Source: Octopus sinensis (lineage: Eukaryota). Taken from it: 64,000 bases of DNA. Made by a program: the position numbers and the translations under genes. Numbering within the stretch: the stretch's first letter is position 1; every line of letters starts with the position of its first letter. The notes below the pieces were generated by a model. The model saw only the letters and a list, made by a program, of their open reading frames with translations. It made no database searches and was not told the DNA's origin. This document shows positions 1 to 12,396 of the stretch, in pieces. The DNA lies in contig NC_042998.1 of assembly GCF_006345805.1 (NCBI RefSeq), positions 60,078,001-60,142,000 on the forward strand, in the 5' to 3' direction.

Positions 1-1779
1 AGAGGAGGTGGCGCCAATATAGAGGTAGACATCTGATCCAGTAGAAATTTTGCACTGGTAAGTGGTGTTTCTAATTTTGGAGTTATTTGATAAGAACCTT
101 AATCTATTGGGATTGGTTTCCGATACTAACAAGCGTTCTTATTTCTATGATGGGTGTACAAATTACTGCTGGATTTGGGCACGATACTATTCATCCTATT
201 TTCATTACTATTTAAGGCAATATCACCAGGACATTCCCTGTTCCTGGGAATGCTAAGATTGTTATTGTCCGTAAAACTACTGTTGTTAAGAACGCTGCTA
301 TCCTTATTACTATTGCTAACGCCAGTGCTGGTATGAAGGCTGCTAATATCTGTGCTATTTCTATTATTATTATTATTATTACTATATGTTACGTTGGAAT
401 TTGACAGGGCGGTGTCTCTGCTCATGGGTGATGAGACCTTATTTAGCAGCTTATTGTTATGGGAGGCAATTATCTGTGAGAGATTTTTAGTATTTGAGAA
501 AGCAATCCTTACTTTGTGCGAATTTATAGTGGAGTAATATCTCGAATTTCTGGGAAAATTCCTGGCAATGGCTTGGCGAAACTGTAAAGGGAGGTTAGAT
601 CCGATTTGCTTCCCAAAAGGAATCACAAACCAGATATAGTTTTTTCTGTTCTTGGACTGGCTCGGAGTGTTAACTCTTACATTAAGGAGGGCATCTCTGT
701 ATTGAAGAATGGGTTTGGCTTACGATGGTCTCCCTTGGACCGCAACTTATTTATGTTAGCTATATTTATGTCGACATTGCTAGAGCCACGATCACTACTT
801 ATATTATTTATATTATTGTAAGTAAACTTATCATGATGAGCAAATACTTTTCCCTATAACCGGCTTTTGACAGGGCGGCATTATAGAGTTCCGCTTTTTT
901 GCTTAAAAATGTCGACATTGGCAGATAAGTTTGATAATCTTATAGAAATATTTTTAACTAATTTATCTGTGATAGTTTTTGCGTGGTTACTGAAAAAACT
1001 GACATATTTTAGGTTTGTGGAAGGTTTATGGTAGGGGCAGTAAGAATTGCTATGCAGATTTAGGGTAATATCTAAGAAATTGGCCTTAGTTAGTTCGTTG
1101 TCGAAAACTATGTTCATGGCCATCCTACTAAAGAACCTAGCTAATCTATTTTTAGTTTTCTGTATTCTTCTGTTCGGGGCATTCTGTAGGTAAAAAAGAC
1201 AATCGTCCCGATATAGACCGCCGCAGATGTCCGGGAATTGGTCAGCTAATTCATAGAGAATATAGATTCCGACCAAATCGGCTATCTGGGCACTATCTAA
1301 GCTTCCCATTGGCACATCGAACTCGTTGGGAGTATCCTTACGGACCCATAACTTATCTTCAAACTGTATAAAGGATTTTCTAGCCACTAAAATTTTATTA
1401 ATTTCCTCCCTTGTGAGGCCTGCCTTATTATGCGCGTGCCATAGGGCCTTATTGAGTACACTAGGGTTTATCGAGGGGTAGAAATTAGCAATATCGAACT
1501 GAATGAACTTAGTGCTGTTTTTATTAGGAATGGAAGAAAACCAATTTACGACTTGCGAGGAGCTCGCCGAAAGGTTAAGCTTAAGCTTATTAACTAATCT
1601 ATGTATGTATTTGTCTAAAATGTACTTACTGATGGAACCGATGTCGGAACTAGAAGGGCAGATGAGCCTTAATGCTGGATTGGTGTGAAAATTTGGTTTG
1701 TGGTCCTTAACGATGAATCTAGGTTGCCTTGGGTTGAACGGTTGTGTTTTCATTTGAAGCCCATAATTTACCATAATTA
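1..1779 (-). mobile_element. Penelope-like element (PLE1) body: 5'-truncated RT, thumb, S/N-rich linker and start of C-terminal GIY-YIG endonuclease; runs off the left edge
   Basis: Minus-strand translation gives RT motifs (RLICP, FDIANFYPSI, DVPMGSLDSAQIADLVG, GLYRDD, NFLDITL). These are followed by WFVIPF...HNNKLL and, at 91-1, TYQCKIS...YLYIGATSS. Frameshifts at about 895 and about 125. Confidence 0.92.
881..1774 (-). pseudogene. PLE reverse transcriptase core (297-aa ORF; truncated, frameshifted at its C-terminus)
   Basis: Motifs as above. The reading frame resumes after an extra A in an A-run near 895 as KQKAELYNAALSKAGY. The FYPSI/GLYRDD signature differs from Penelope/Poseidon and Neptune types; Nematis-like is an inference. 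Confidence 0.9.
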
Positions 1780-3016
1780 ATCAAATAACTCCAAAATTAG
1801 AAACACCACTTACCAGTGCAAAATTTCTACTGGATCAGATGTCTACCTCTATATTGGCGCCACCTCCTCTAAATTAGCCACAAGGGTCTCAAACCATTTT
1901 CCACGTTCCGAGATAAGAATAAACAGCACACCACGGGGCTAAGCAAATTAGTCTGGAGTTTGAAGAACGCAAATTCAACTTTTACGCTGGAATGGTCAAT
2001 ATTGTCGGTGTCCTTACCGTTTGATAAGAGCAGATAAATCTGTGCCCTCTGCAATTCCGAACTCTTTCATATTCTGTTTGCCCGAGGCCAAGTAATAAAC
2101 TCGATTGTCGAGAGATCTTTCAGATGCTTACACTGGAAAAAGCATACCTTTCACTCATACTAATGAAGTCTAATATAGATAACCACTGGATTTCCTACAA
2201 AATTAATTTGTGATATCTCATCCCTTTAGTTTATAAGACTTTCTCATAATTGCTAAGAACTGCTACCAATTCAAGTAGTCCACTAGTCTCTTGCCTTCAC
2301 TATTGTGGTCTCTTTCTGCCCACTCCCTCTTAAGTTGATACATTCGAACACACAGACACAGTCTTTTCACCTCCTGACTGTTAATTTTCTGTCAGCCTCC
2401 TACACACACAATCACGCATTCACAGACACACACACACACACACACACACATTATACGCACTCATACATACGAGCACTCATTCTTAAAATAAATCAAATAT
2501 AAACACCAGTCAAACAGAATACATTCCCTCAACCTAATATTCTTTACCTCCCTTCTCCAGCCTCGATTGAACCCTTGAACCCTTTAACTGCCAGTTTCTC
2601 CTACATTAAACCAATCTGACTTCGCCCCCTATAAATAGACATTATTTATCATTATCGCCATGGGCTCCTCGTGAACAGTCATCTAAAAACTTGTTGTGCA
2701 TTTTGTTGGCAAAAGAAGTTCCTGGATTTTCCTGAAGAGAAAGCTGTATAATGGACTCCTTATTCATTCGGAATTAGGGATTTTGCAGGCTTCGAAACAT
2801 ATGTCGAAAATAAAATAAAGGAATTTTGTTAAATCTTCGTTCAGCTCCATTCTTTTCTATACTTATACTATTAAACTTCAAATTTCCGCACTAAGGCACG
2901 GAGTATATGCCCTATGGTCGTAATTTCAGCCGTGTTCTTTCTGTTGTGAGTTTGCTACCCAGGTATCGGTTATCTCTCGAATTATCCGTAATAAGATAAT
3001 TCATTTATCTACTTAA
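1780..3016 (+). mobile_element. Inverted 3' copy (pseudo-LTR) of PLE1: GIY-YIG endonuclease remnant plus 3' UTR, ending at (TA)n
   Basis: 1780-1870 is the exact reverse complement of 1-91. 1781-2163 encodes TYQCK..YLYIGATSS..RVSNHF/STFRDKNK..TGLSKLVW..W.I..C.LC..E..IL..RCLH, with a frameshift near 1900 and a stop at 2035. A 10-bp tandem duplication (1761-1780) marks the inversion junction. Confidence 0.9.
2726..2811 (+). ncRNA. Type I hammerhead ribozyme in the PLE1 3' UTR
   Basis: Stem I ATTTTC/GAAAAT; core CTGAAGA at 2732-2738; long stem II closed by G2739-C2793; GAAA at 2794-2797; palindromic stem III ACATATGT; GTC cleavage triplet at 2803-2805. Confidence 0.85.
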
Positions 3017-3081
3017 ATATATATATATATATGTATGTATGTATATATATGTATGTATGTATATATATGTATGTATGTATA

Positions 3082-3629
3082 TACATTTAAACCCATAAGA
3101 GATGGCTATAAGAGGACAGTTAACCTGCTAGAAGGAGTAGTTAAAATCCAAACCAATATTAGGTGTAATTTCGAAAGGGAATGAAAAATGAAAACATTTA
3201 CCATCTACTTCCTGGACCACGGTTTCAAGCTCTCTTTAGCAAATAAAGTAATTTGCTAGGCGAAGCTCTCATCAGCAGGAAAGCCAAATATTAATATATA
3301 AGCACCAGGCAATAGCGAACATCCCTTGTGATTGCATGTTATAATTTTTTTTTAATCCACCGCGCAAGTGCAGTTTTTTATCGGCATGAAATAGAAACAA
3401 TGCCGATTTTCTTCCAAAATTAACCAAAAAAATTATTATTAATAAATTTCAGTGGCCTAGAGTATAGAAAAACTAGACTATATATTATTCATATAAATAC
3501 AGTGTGCATTTAAACACACAAGAGGTGGCAATAATAGAGCATCTAACCCTAATAGTGGTTTGAATGTTAACTACTCCTTCTAGCGGGTTAGATGTCCTGT
3601 TATGGCCATCTCTTACGTGTTTAAATGTA
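3082..3629. mobile_element. Short non-coding element with about 82-bp imperfect inverted termini, flanked by (TA)/(TATG)n and carrying a hammerhead
   Basis: 3082-3163 is the imperfect reverse complement of 3548-3629. No ORF. Confidence 0.75.
3209..3281 (-). ncRNA. Type I hammerhead ribozyme
   Basis: Minus strand reads TTCCTG-CTGATGA-GAGCT..TAGCAAAT(TACTTT)ATTTGCTA..AGCTT-GAAA-CCGTGG-TC-CAGGAA. Stem I is a perfect 6 bp, the 10.1-11.1 pair is G.U, and the triplet is GTC. Confidence 0.85.
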
Positions 3630-3698
<69 letters not shown>

Positions 3699-3699
<1 letters not shown>

Positions 3700-4690
3700 C
3701 AGACTGAGTAAAAAGTAAGCAACGATTTGAAACATGAAATTCATCACAATTTATTTCAACAATGCGGAAATATTTTATTTATCAAAGTACGATTACAATC
3801 AAAACATTTTTGCAAACAAGTCACCAGTTTGTTTATTCCGGTAAAAATCTGTAGTTCTCGAGCTGATAAACTCTTTGACCACACTTTTAGCATCGGTTTG
3901 ATTTTTGAACACCTTCTCTCGCAGGAAACTATCAACATGCTTGAAAAAGTGGTAGTCGGTAGGAGAAAGATCTGGGGAAGAAGCTGGGTAGGGAAGAACT
4001 TCGTAGCTATGTTTCCTCAACATCTGAAGCGTCATTAGTGAAGAATGATTGGCCCTCTTCTGTTGACCAGTCTGGGACGGAGGTTTCCGTTCATTTTGGC
4101 AATTTCATAGCATTATGTTTCTGCAGTAATGGTTTTCCGGGTTTTAAGAAGTTATAGTGGATAAGTCCATTAGTGCACGATCAAACCGTCACAACAACCT
4201 TCTTTTGGAAGAGCTCAGGTTTAGGAAAGCGTTCGGGGCTTCATTTTGATCCAACCACTGCGAAGAACGTTTTGTATTATTTTTCACAATCCACTTTTCA
4301 TCGCAAATTACAATACGCTCGAGAAATGGATCGGTCTGGTTACGGAGAAGAAACGACACGCAAATTTCATATTTTCGCATTTTCTGATTTTCATTCAAAT
4401 CGTGTGGTACCCATTTGTCGTGATTTTTTGATTTTCTGATTGCCAGTTCTCGAGTGGGTTTACGTGAACCTTTCTCAATGATGGTCTTTACTTGATGACA
4501 GATGGACGTCCACGATCTTCAAGTCCCAAGTCTCCACTGCGAAATCATTTAAAACATTTTCAAGCTGATCATTCACAAGTCATTTCATCACCAATCATTT
4601 CGTTCATATCGCGAGCAGTTTTTAAAGTTGAATAGCAAAATTGCTCGAATATCTCACTTTGACAGTTCAATTTCAGGTGATTGTAAGAAC
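3699..4690 (-). mobile_element. Decayed Tc1/mariner (Hsmar1/SETMAR-like) transposon
   Basis: Fragments ERIVICDEKWI..RSSQWLD..EAP and YPASSPDLSPTDYHFFK, plus an N-terminal HTH remnant (TARDMNE..EDRGRPS). A TA precedes the TIR-like end at 3699; the other TIR was not found. Confidence 0.85.
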
Positions 4691-6997
4691 GGTGTAAAAA
4701 TATCGATGTTAATTTATTGATGCATTTGGGCATATGTATGCATGCATGTATGTACAAACACAAGCATGCACACACATTGTTGTTAGATCTGCCCGTTCTC
4801 TTTAGAGATTATAGACTCAATCGCATTTCACACTAATTGCTCTAGAGCAACGCTAGAATTATTTTGAAACAGAATTAATTAAATCATGGCTTATTGTACG
4901 TTATCACACTTTTCTGCGACACACTCGTCGTCAAACTTACAAATCTCGGTGATTTATTCTTTTGATTACCTGATATATAAATAGGTTTACTTAGAGTATT
5001 CCTACGTTTCTGATCGAGCCGAAGCTATTAATAATGTGCAAATATTTTGAAATTGCACTGCTACATTTGTTACAGAAATATTTTAAATTGCTAAAGATCC
5101 ATTGCTAATTCAGCTGCATCATTAGTCGTTGAAATATCTATGTCCTGTTATCGATTAACTTACTTTGGTTGAAAAAGCCCTCACATGCTGTGATTTTCAT
5201 CAACATTGAGTGTATGTGTAAAGAATGAAGACAATTATGTGAAGATAATTGATAGAAATATAAAACCTCTATGTGTAGGCATGCATAATGAAAATTTAAT
5301 GATTGTCCTGTAAGCATAATGATATAATTGTGCGATAAATTAACTAGATCGGTGATGGAGAAAAACAATTTTGAACGCTGATAATCGATTATGTTTTGTT
5401 TTTTTCTATTTCTCGTGTTCTTTTTTTTTTATCTGTTAAATCTCTACAAAGGCGACTGGATAATTAAGATTAACCAAAATATATAGAATTTAATTCATTT
5501 GCATATATATTCTTTATTTTTCATATTTATTTTCTGATATTATATATTAATATGGCATGATTAAATTTATAAACTATATTTTTTTTATGTCGTTCTGTTT
5601 GTGCTTTTCGTTCAGTCATTTTATTTCTATACATTTTATTAATCACAACATGGCGGTTAGCTTCAGAATATGTTCGACTATCATAACTATACTTTTAAAC
5701 ATATCGGGAAGTGTTGCTCTATTCATCCGAAGACCTCGTGTGATTAAAAGAAATACCTTTGACAGAAAATGTCATAAGAATCTGTTGGCAAACTGATCCT
5801 CCGCCACCATCTTATAGACTTCGTCTATTCCCTGTATGGTAGGTCAGTGATTTGCTAGCAGATTGCACCGTTGTGATACAGTTCTATCTAATCTACATTC
5901 AATCATCTCTTGTATGATTCAGTGTTGCATTTTCCCCAACACTCTCTCACTCCTATGCCTCGACAACTTATTAGTCTTCTCTACGTATTTTATGATCAAA
6001 TTTTCATACCTCTATAACGTTCCAAACCTAAATGACTTCCGCAAAGGAACCCAAACATCACACACATATCTGTACTGAGTCAATAAACAGACGCCTCTAA
6101 AACTATTTCCATCATTCTCCCACCATCGCTACATTCGCCACTTAAATATGCTCTGCTCGCAACTAGAACTCCCCCAGTTCACCATAAATTTTAGGTGTTA
6201 CTTTCAACGAAGATCTCTGATAATGAGTGCAAATCGTAAAATATAACAAATGCAGTATAAAAAGTAATAAACTTCCTTTACAATATAAGGAAATAGCTCA
6301 CCTACTACTAACTACTAACAAAAATCGAGTAAATCTCACATTTCAGTATTGTTCTCACATCTGGAACCGTTCTGATGTTTACGCGTATATTTTAACCTTA
6401 TAACGTTATAAAGCGTCTGAATAATTAGCATGAATTCTTTAACCATCATATTCCAATCTCTGCCTTATAGTCACGCCGTCTGTTTTTATGGCCTCGTCTC
6501 TCATCACCCATATTGAGTCACCTTCACTTCCATCACAGACTTGCCCTAACCTCTACTTTCAGTCCTTCCTCACACGAAATGTGCCCCTATGCAATTCCTT
6601 TTTCTCTGTTTCTTTGGCCAAATGCTATATTATCCCCATCGAACCTTCTGGTCTTCCAGAGCCTTCGAATGCTATGGGCACAGATCTTCCCTCCAAACTA
6701 AGCCAAAAGAGAAAATAAACAAGTTATCCTAAGTTCGAATTTTTATTCTGCTGGCGGGATCGCAGTTATCTCAAATATAACTGGGATAACTATAGGAATG
6801 ATAAGACTGTCTGAGAGTCCGATACTTGCACCGAGCAATATCTTCTCTATTTTCATTTGAAAAATGTAACACCTTTTTAAACCATCACTACCAGAACTGG
6901 TGCTCGGAAAGAGATTAAAGATAGGCAGATCCTGAGTACAATATTCTGGTTCTTAGAATATGGTTCTAGTCGATTGTTCGTAATATTTCTAGAGAAA

Positions 6998-7197
6998 AGG
7001 GTAGCAAGCTGGCAGAATCGTTAGCCTTCCGGACAAAATTTTTAGCTATATTTCGTCCGTCTTTACATTCTGAGTTCGAGTTTGCCCCTTTATCCTTCCG
7101 GAAACAATCATGTTAGTACCAGTGCAAACACTGAGATCGATGTAATAGACTTGCCGCCATCGGCGAAATGACTGGCCTTGTGCCAAAATTTGGAACC
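6998..7197 (+). mobile_element. tRNA-derived SINE, family A, with a 16-bp target-site duplication
   Basis: A-box-like TGGCAGAATCG and B-box-like GAGTTCGAG. TSD AATATTTCTAGAGAAA at 6982-6997 and 7198-7213. Confidence 0.8.
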
Positions 7198-7761
7198 AAT
7201 ATTTCTAGAGAAAGACCTAGCCTTACTTGATAGTTAGTTGGACTGAATCAAATAGAATAAATGATTCTGCATAGAAGCAAAATGACATGCTAGTGTTCTA
7301 TCTTTATATATCATTTCATCAATGAAAGAACATTTATGATCTCTTCGATGGTCTCCAAGATTCTTAGGAAAAAGGGAGAAAGTTATCTTCATACTGGTGA
7401 CCTGCCACTGAGTGCTTCCCTTCCCACATAATGAATTCTGTAAAAGTTATTCAGGCGGTCAGGTAATGGTGTGAAACCAGGAAACACTTAAAATCTCCCT
7501 ACAAAGAATAAGAACGATCGTTCAGGTGGAATTCTTCTGTTTCGTTTACCAATTCTCAACGATATCGGTTTGGTAGTCCCTAGACTATAGAAGAAGTTAC
7601 GTAACCCAAGGTGGTTCAGGATTCAATCCCACTGAGTGGTACCATGGGCCAATGACTTCTGCTATAGCGATTTTTAAATGATATATTTTATTGAAACCGG
7701 AATGAAAGACGGATAAGTTGACTTCCGCAGGGTTTTAACTCTGTTTTGTAATATTAGTTTA

Positions 7762-7950
7762 ACTTTGGCACAAGGCCTGCAAGTTCGGGGGTAGCTAGTA
7801 AGCAATCAATTGATACTTATTTTACTGTCTCTGAAAAGATAAAAGGCAAAGTCGACCTCTGTGGAATTTGAACTTAAATGGTAAAGACGGAAGAAATAAC
7901 GCGAAGCACTTTGCCCGACGTGTTAACGATTCTGTCAGCCCGACACCTTA
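7762..7950 (-). mobile_element. SINE family A
   Basis: Reverse complement of the family A head and body (gtcgacctc..ggaatttgaact..aacgattctg). Confidence 0.7.
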
Positions 7951-8371
7951 CACCACATGCATGCATCTGACATCAGGAAACCAACCGGCTCTGATAGTTT
8001 CTGCTTTCACACTCAAATAATGCATCCACACCGCCATTTCTTACCTTCACCAAAAGTTTCAATCGCTTACAAAACATAATTATTTAAAATCTGGAAGCAT
8101 GCTGCAATGTGTCCCGGTCGAAACTCTGACCCTTACAACTATCAGCGTGGCGCTCTCGCGTTCAGCTTCTTACATGTAATAGAGAGTGTGGTGAACAGTA
8201 ACATTCTCCTATACCTTCTCTACCTTGGGATCACCGACATTGCCATTGCTGAACAGTACGACTTCTGCAAAGACAGATATTTTAGAAAGCTTCACTCTCA
8301 TATCAATCACTATTATGTTCTCGCGCTTCTATACATTATGGAAATCAATGTCTTTAGCTTCACACACACAC

Positions 8372-8402
<31 letters not shown>

Positions 8403-9189
8403 TACATACATGTACTTATGTATGTATGAATATGTGTGAGTGCATACGTGTGTACTTGTTCGCCTTTGAACTGGCATGCGATTCTCCAAAGCACGCCGTT
8501 GGCTTATGGGCTCCATTGACGTTTAGTCTCTTTGACGGGAGGCATCCTGTCAGAACGTAGGCACAGCAGCAACATGTATTTGTGGGGCAGTCTCTGAGGT
8601 ACAATTAATCATCTCTGGTATGAATCAGAAGTTTGGATTATGTGTATATTCTCATGCGGCACCGTTACCTCTCTTTCTCTCGTCACTCCTATGTCTCCTC
8701 TCAGGTCACTCCTCGACACTAAATATACAACCCATACTCCCTCGACTGCAATCATTTTAGAATTCTCAACATTTCTATGAACTTCATTACAGACGACAGT
8801 TTTCGAATCGCCATGAACATCAATCATATTGATCTGAGGCGTCAATGGCTGCCAAGGTCTTGGCTTAGAACACCCCGTTCGTCTTCAATAAACCATTAGA
8901 TATATATGTATATGTCTGAGTGAATGTGCCAGTAGATTTGTATGTGGATATATACATAGTCAAAGATACACATCACACATATACGCTGATACATAAGTAT
9001 ACACAAGTATATATACATTTATAAAATACGTGCTCGTGTGCGTGTAGCCTAAAGTCAATAGACATCAAAAAGAACAACACGGAGAAAACAAATTTTAACG
9101 GATATTATTTATGTTTATTAATTTAACGCTTGAGAAGTTGAAATCAGTGTGGTGTGTCTGTGTCAGACGTATATATACAAGTATGTATG

Positions 9190-9234
<45 letters not shown>

Positions 9235-9458
9235 ACATATATGTATGTATGTATACATATATGTATGTTTACATATATATATATGTATATATATATATAT
9301 ATGTATATATACTTATATATATGTATATATATGTATATATAGGCGTATTTATATGTATATATATGTATATATATGTATATATATATATATTATATACATA
9401 TACATATGTGTATATATATATATACATATATATACATATGCATACGTACATTTACATA

Positions 9459-9524
<66 letters not shown>

Positions 9525-9653
9525 CATAGGGGCTTATATGTGTGTGTGTGTGTGTCTGTGCATCTACGTATGTACGTATGTGTATATGTATGTATTCATG
9601 TATATCATATTTATTTATATACTATATTAATATACTTTTCTTGTCTTTTTCAG

Positions 9654-10350
9654 ATACTTAGCTATATGCTACACCTTACAGTTCAAAATATCATCAACTG
9701 TTTCACGAGTTATTATTGTATCTACTTGGATATTTGCACTTCTTGTAATGATACCGTGGGCTGTATTCTATAGGCAAATTCCACACAGTAATGTATTCGT
9801 TTGTTTCCCCGATTGGCCAGATGTGGAAACAGGAAAAGCATTTTTCCTTGCAGCTATCTTCCTTTGTTGTTATACTATACCTTTGTTATTAATCATTTTG
9901 TGTTATATCTTAATTGGTCTGCGCGTGTGGAACAGAGATTCTCCAGGATTATGTGACAAATCTCAGGTAATTATGAAGTCAAAAATCAAGGTGGTCAAAA
10001 TGCTTGTTGTGGTTGTGCTGCTCTTTGGACTATCTTGGTTACCAATATACACCATACAACTCTGCGTCTATTTCATACCGAATTTAGAAAGCACGACACT
10101 ATTAAATCAAGTTATCGTCCCGATAGCTCAATGGCTTGGACTTGCAAATAGTGGAACAAATCCAGTTATATATTGCTTTTTCAGCAATAAATTCCAGCAG
10201 AGTTTAAAAAATATGATCATGTGTCAGAAAAAGAGATATAGCGGTGAGCAGAGAAATGCCACAACAAAATACATGACAGTTGAGTACGCAAGTGGCCAGG
10301 TTACGATGTCTGTAAAGAAGTCTGCAGCACGTAGTGATGATCCTATATAA
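9654..10350 (+). CDS. SIFaR: Terminal coding exon of a class A neuropeptide GPCR, SIFamide/NPFF receptor-like (end of TM3 through TM7 and C-tail)
   Basis: Polypyrimidine acceptor ttttcttgtctttttcag|a splits the Arg codon of the DRY motif. The exon reads [82 protein letters not shown], stop at 10348-10350. The family call is from motif recognition, not a database search. Confidence 0.85.
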
Positions 10351-11305
10351 AATTCCTCATTGTACATGATCCTATACAAAAGGAAAACCATATCAATGTC
10401 ATAGAAACGACGCTACATTAACTATATGAGTTTAGTTGTAATTTCCTTCCGTCAATGCAGGAAATTACAAGTTCTTTTCACTGAAAAAAAACCTCCAATA
10501 TGTGGAAAATATCACTCACTAATTAACAATCTTCAACACAAGTATTATACATTCTGTGAAGACAAATTCAGCAGCTAATATTCTAACTAAACTATCTCAA
10601 AACTAAGTATTACACTTGATATTCAACATGTTTTTCCGTTTTTTTTTAGCATTTTTCGTTGTTTTGTGTTTCCATTTATCTTTTCTTCTGAAACTATTGA
10701 AGTATTGCGAAATTTTAGTGAAGCAAATGAAGTGGCTACTAGTGATAATTATTTTATATTCATTTATCGTGGTTTCTTCTTTTGTTTGTTTTACAAATCC
10801 AAAATAATTTGGAAACTTTGTAAATAAATTTCTGTAATTGGTCCTGAAAGTTTTCATATTTATCATTATTTAATAATATTTTAAAAGTATAAACGCATTC
10901 GTCGAAAACTTTTTCTTGTGCGATATTTCAATCATTCCAAAAATTATTGATTTTATTATTCCTTCCTATATAATTTTGAGGCAGTGAATGGTAGAAAATA
11001 TACAAATCTGAAACTAAAGATTGAAGGTGTTGTACTTATGTAACTTAACGCTCTGGGTCGAATACTGCAAATATACGTCTTACGCCGTTAACATACTGTA
11101 GATATACCCCTACGCCATTAACATACTGTAAAAAGGTATGAATGTGACATCTCGGTTTCCTTCCTACATAAATATTATTCGCATCTAAGAAAAATTGGCA
11201 TTTAAATTTGAAACGATGATCATCAATACGCAAGTGATTCATTCATTATTATTATCATTATTATCATCATTATTATTTTTATTTTCATTATTTTCATTGT
11301 TATTT

Positions 11306-11520
11306 AGGCGGCGAGTTGGTAGAAGTTATCAAGCCGGGCAAAATACTTCCCGTCTTTTCGTCCATCCTTGCGTTCAGAGTTCAAATTCTGCCGAGGCTGA
11401 CTTCATCTTCTATCCTTTCAGGGTCGATAAATTAAGTACCAGTGAAACACTGGGCTCGATGTAATCGACTAATCCTCTACCCCAAATTTCAGGCATTGTA
11501 CCTATAGCAGAAACGATTAT
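11306..11520 (+). mobile_element. SINE family A with (ATT)n tail
   Basis: ggcggcgagttggtagaa..gagttcaaattctgccgag..ggggtcgataaattaagtacc..gattat. Confidence 0.8.
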
Positions 11521-11536
11521 AATTATTAATATTATT

Positions 11537-12083
11537 GAGTGAGAGAGCAGTTCATGCCATCAAAGTGACACTGGGGTAAAATATATGAAGCCCAGTATAC
11601 CCATCATGACTACCCGTCTGATAAGGGTACACCAGGCACATGCATCACAACCATATGTGCGCGACATGGTGATCTCATATCAAGATAAACAGCACATGAC
11701 CTTGCAGGTGGGGCCCAATTAGAATTTTCTTCAGGTTGAGTAGCCCATCCCGCTCAAACGGTCCCTGAATAAGGGTTGTTTAAGGATGTTGAACGAACCA
11801 CCCATGTTTCCAGAGGTGAATTATTCAAACCCCAAAGAATCCCTCTCAACACATGGCTATGATGCTCCCCCACTACTTCTGCTCGTGATCAGAGATGCAC
11901 ATATCGTCAGCCACTAAGGGACATGCTCAACTGGTCAAGGTCAAACAACTGACAAGCAAATCTGTAGTATTGAGCAGAATATTTGCTGTAGCCCATCTTT
12001 TATACCAAGACAAAACAATGTACATGATAACACTTCCAATCAGTTAAGATCAGAAGCCATGAGAGCCACTGCCTGGTACTGCA
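11537..12083 (-). repeat. About 550-bp non-coding interspersed repeat (element B, copy 1) embedded in (ATT)n
   Basis: About 90% identical by eye to 12895-13451. Ends in an (AAT)n tail on the minus strand. No tRNA head and no ORF. Confidence 0.8.
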
Positions 12084-12103
12084 TATTATTATTATTATTA
12101 TTA

Positions 12104-12134
<31 letters not shown>

Positions 12135-12195
12135 ATTATTATTATTATTATTATTACTATTATTATTATTATCATCATCATCATCAATATTATTA

Positions 12196-12395
12196 AGGCG
12201 GCAAACTGGCAGAATAGTTAGAACGTCTAGAAATATGCTTAGCGGTAATTCGCCCTTAGCTATTTCTGAGTTCAGATTCTGCTGAGGTCAACATTGCTTT
12301 TCATGCTTTCGGGGTGAAACACTGGGGTAGATGCAATCGGCTAGTCCCATCCTTTTAATTTCAGGCCTTATGCTTTTAGTAGAAAGGATTATCAT
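12196..12395 (+). mobile_element. SINE family A
   Basis: Family A head and body, (ATT)-like tail. Confidence 0.75.
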
Positions 12396-12396
12396 A

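Noticed and set aside
5700-6720. Possible decayed LINE fragments (also 8460-8880 and 16740-16900)
   Set aside because: Composition is suggestive, but no diagnostic motif could be read in any frame.
8107-8604. ORFs upstream of the GPCR exon as a possible earlier exon
   Set aside because: No TM1-TM3 motifs (GN, LAxxD, CK) and no hydrophobic helix pattern; they run into (CA)n.
9111-9773. Long ORFs rich in IY, CV, HT or poly-I/L (here and at about 26400, 27400, 32000-33500, 54500 and elsewhere)
   Set aside because: They are translations of stop-free (TA)n, (CA)n and (ATT)n microsatellites with no protein-like content.
12020-12083. HDV-like ribozyme at the 5' end of element B
   Set aside because: A partial P1/P3 can be drawn, but the P1.1 GG and L3 consensus are missing.
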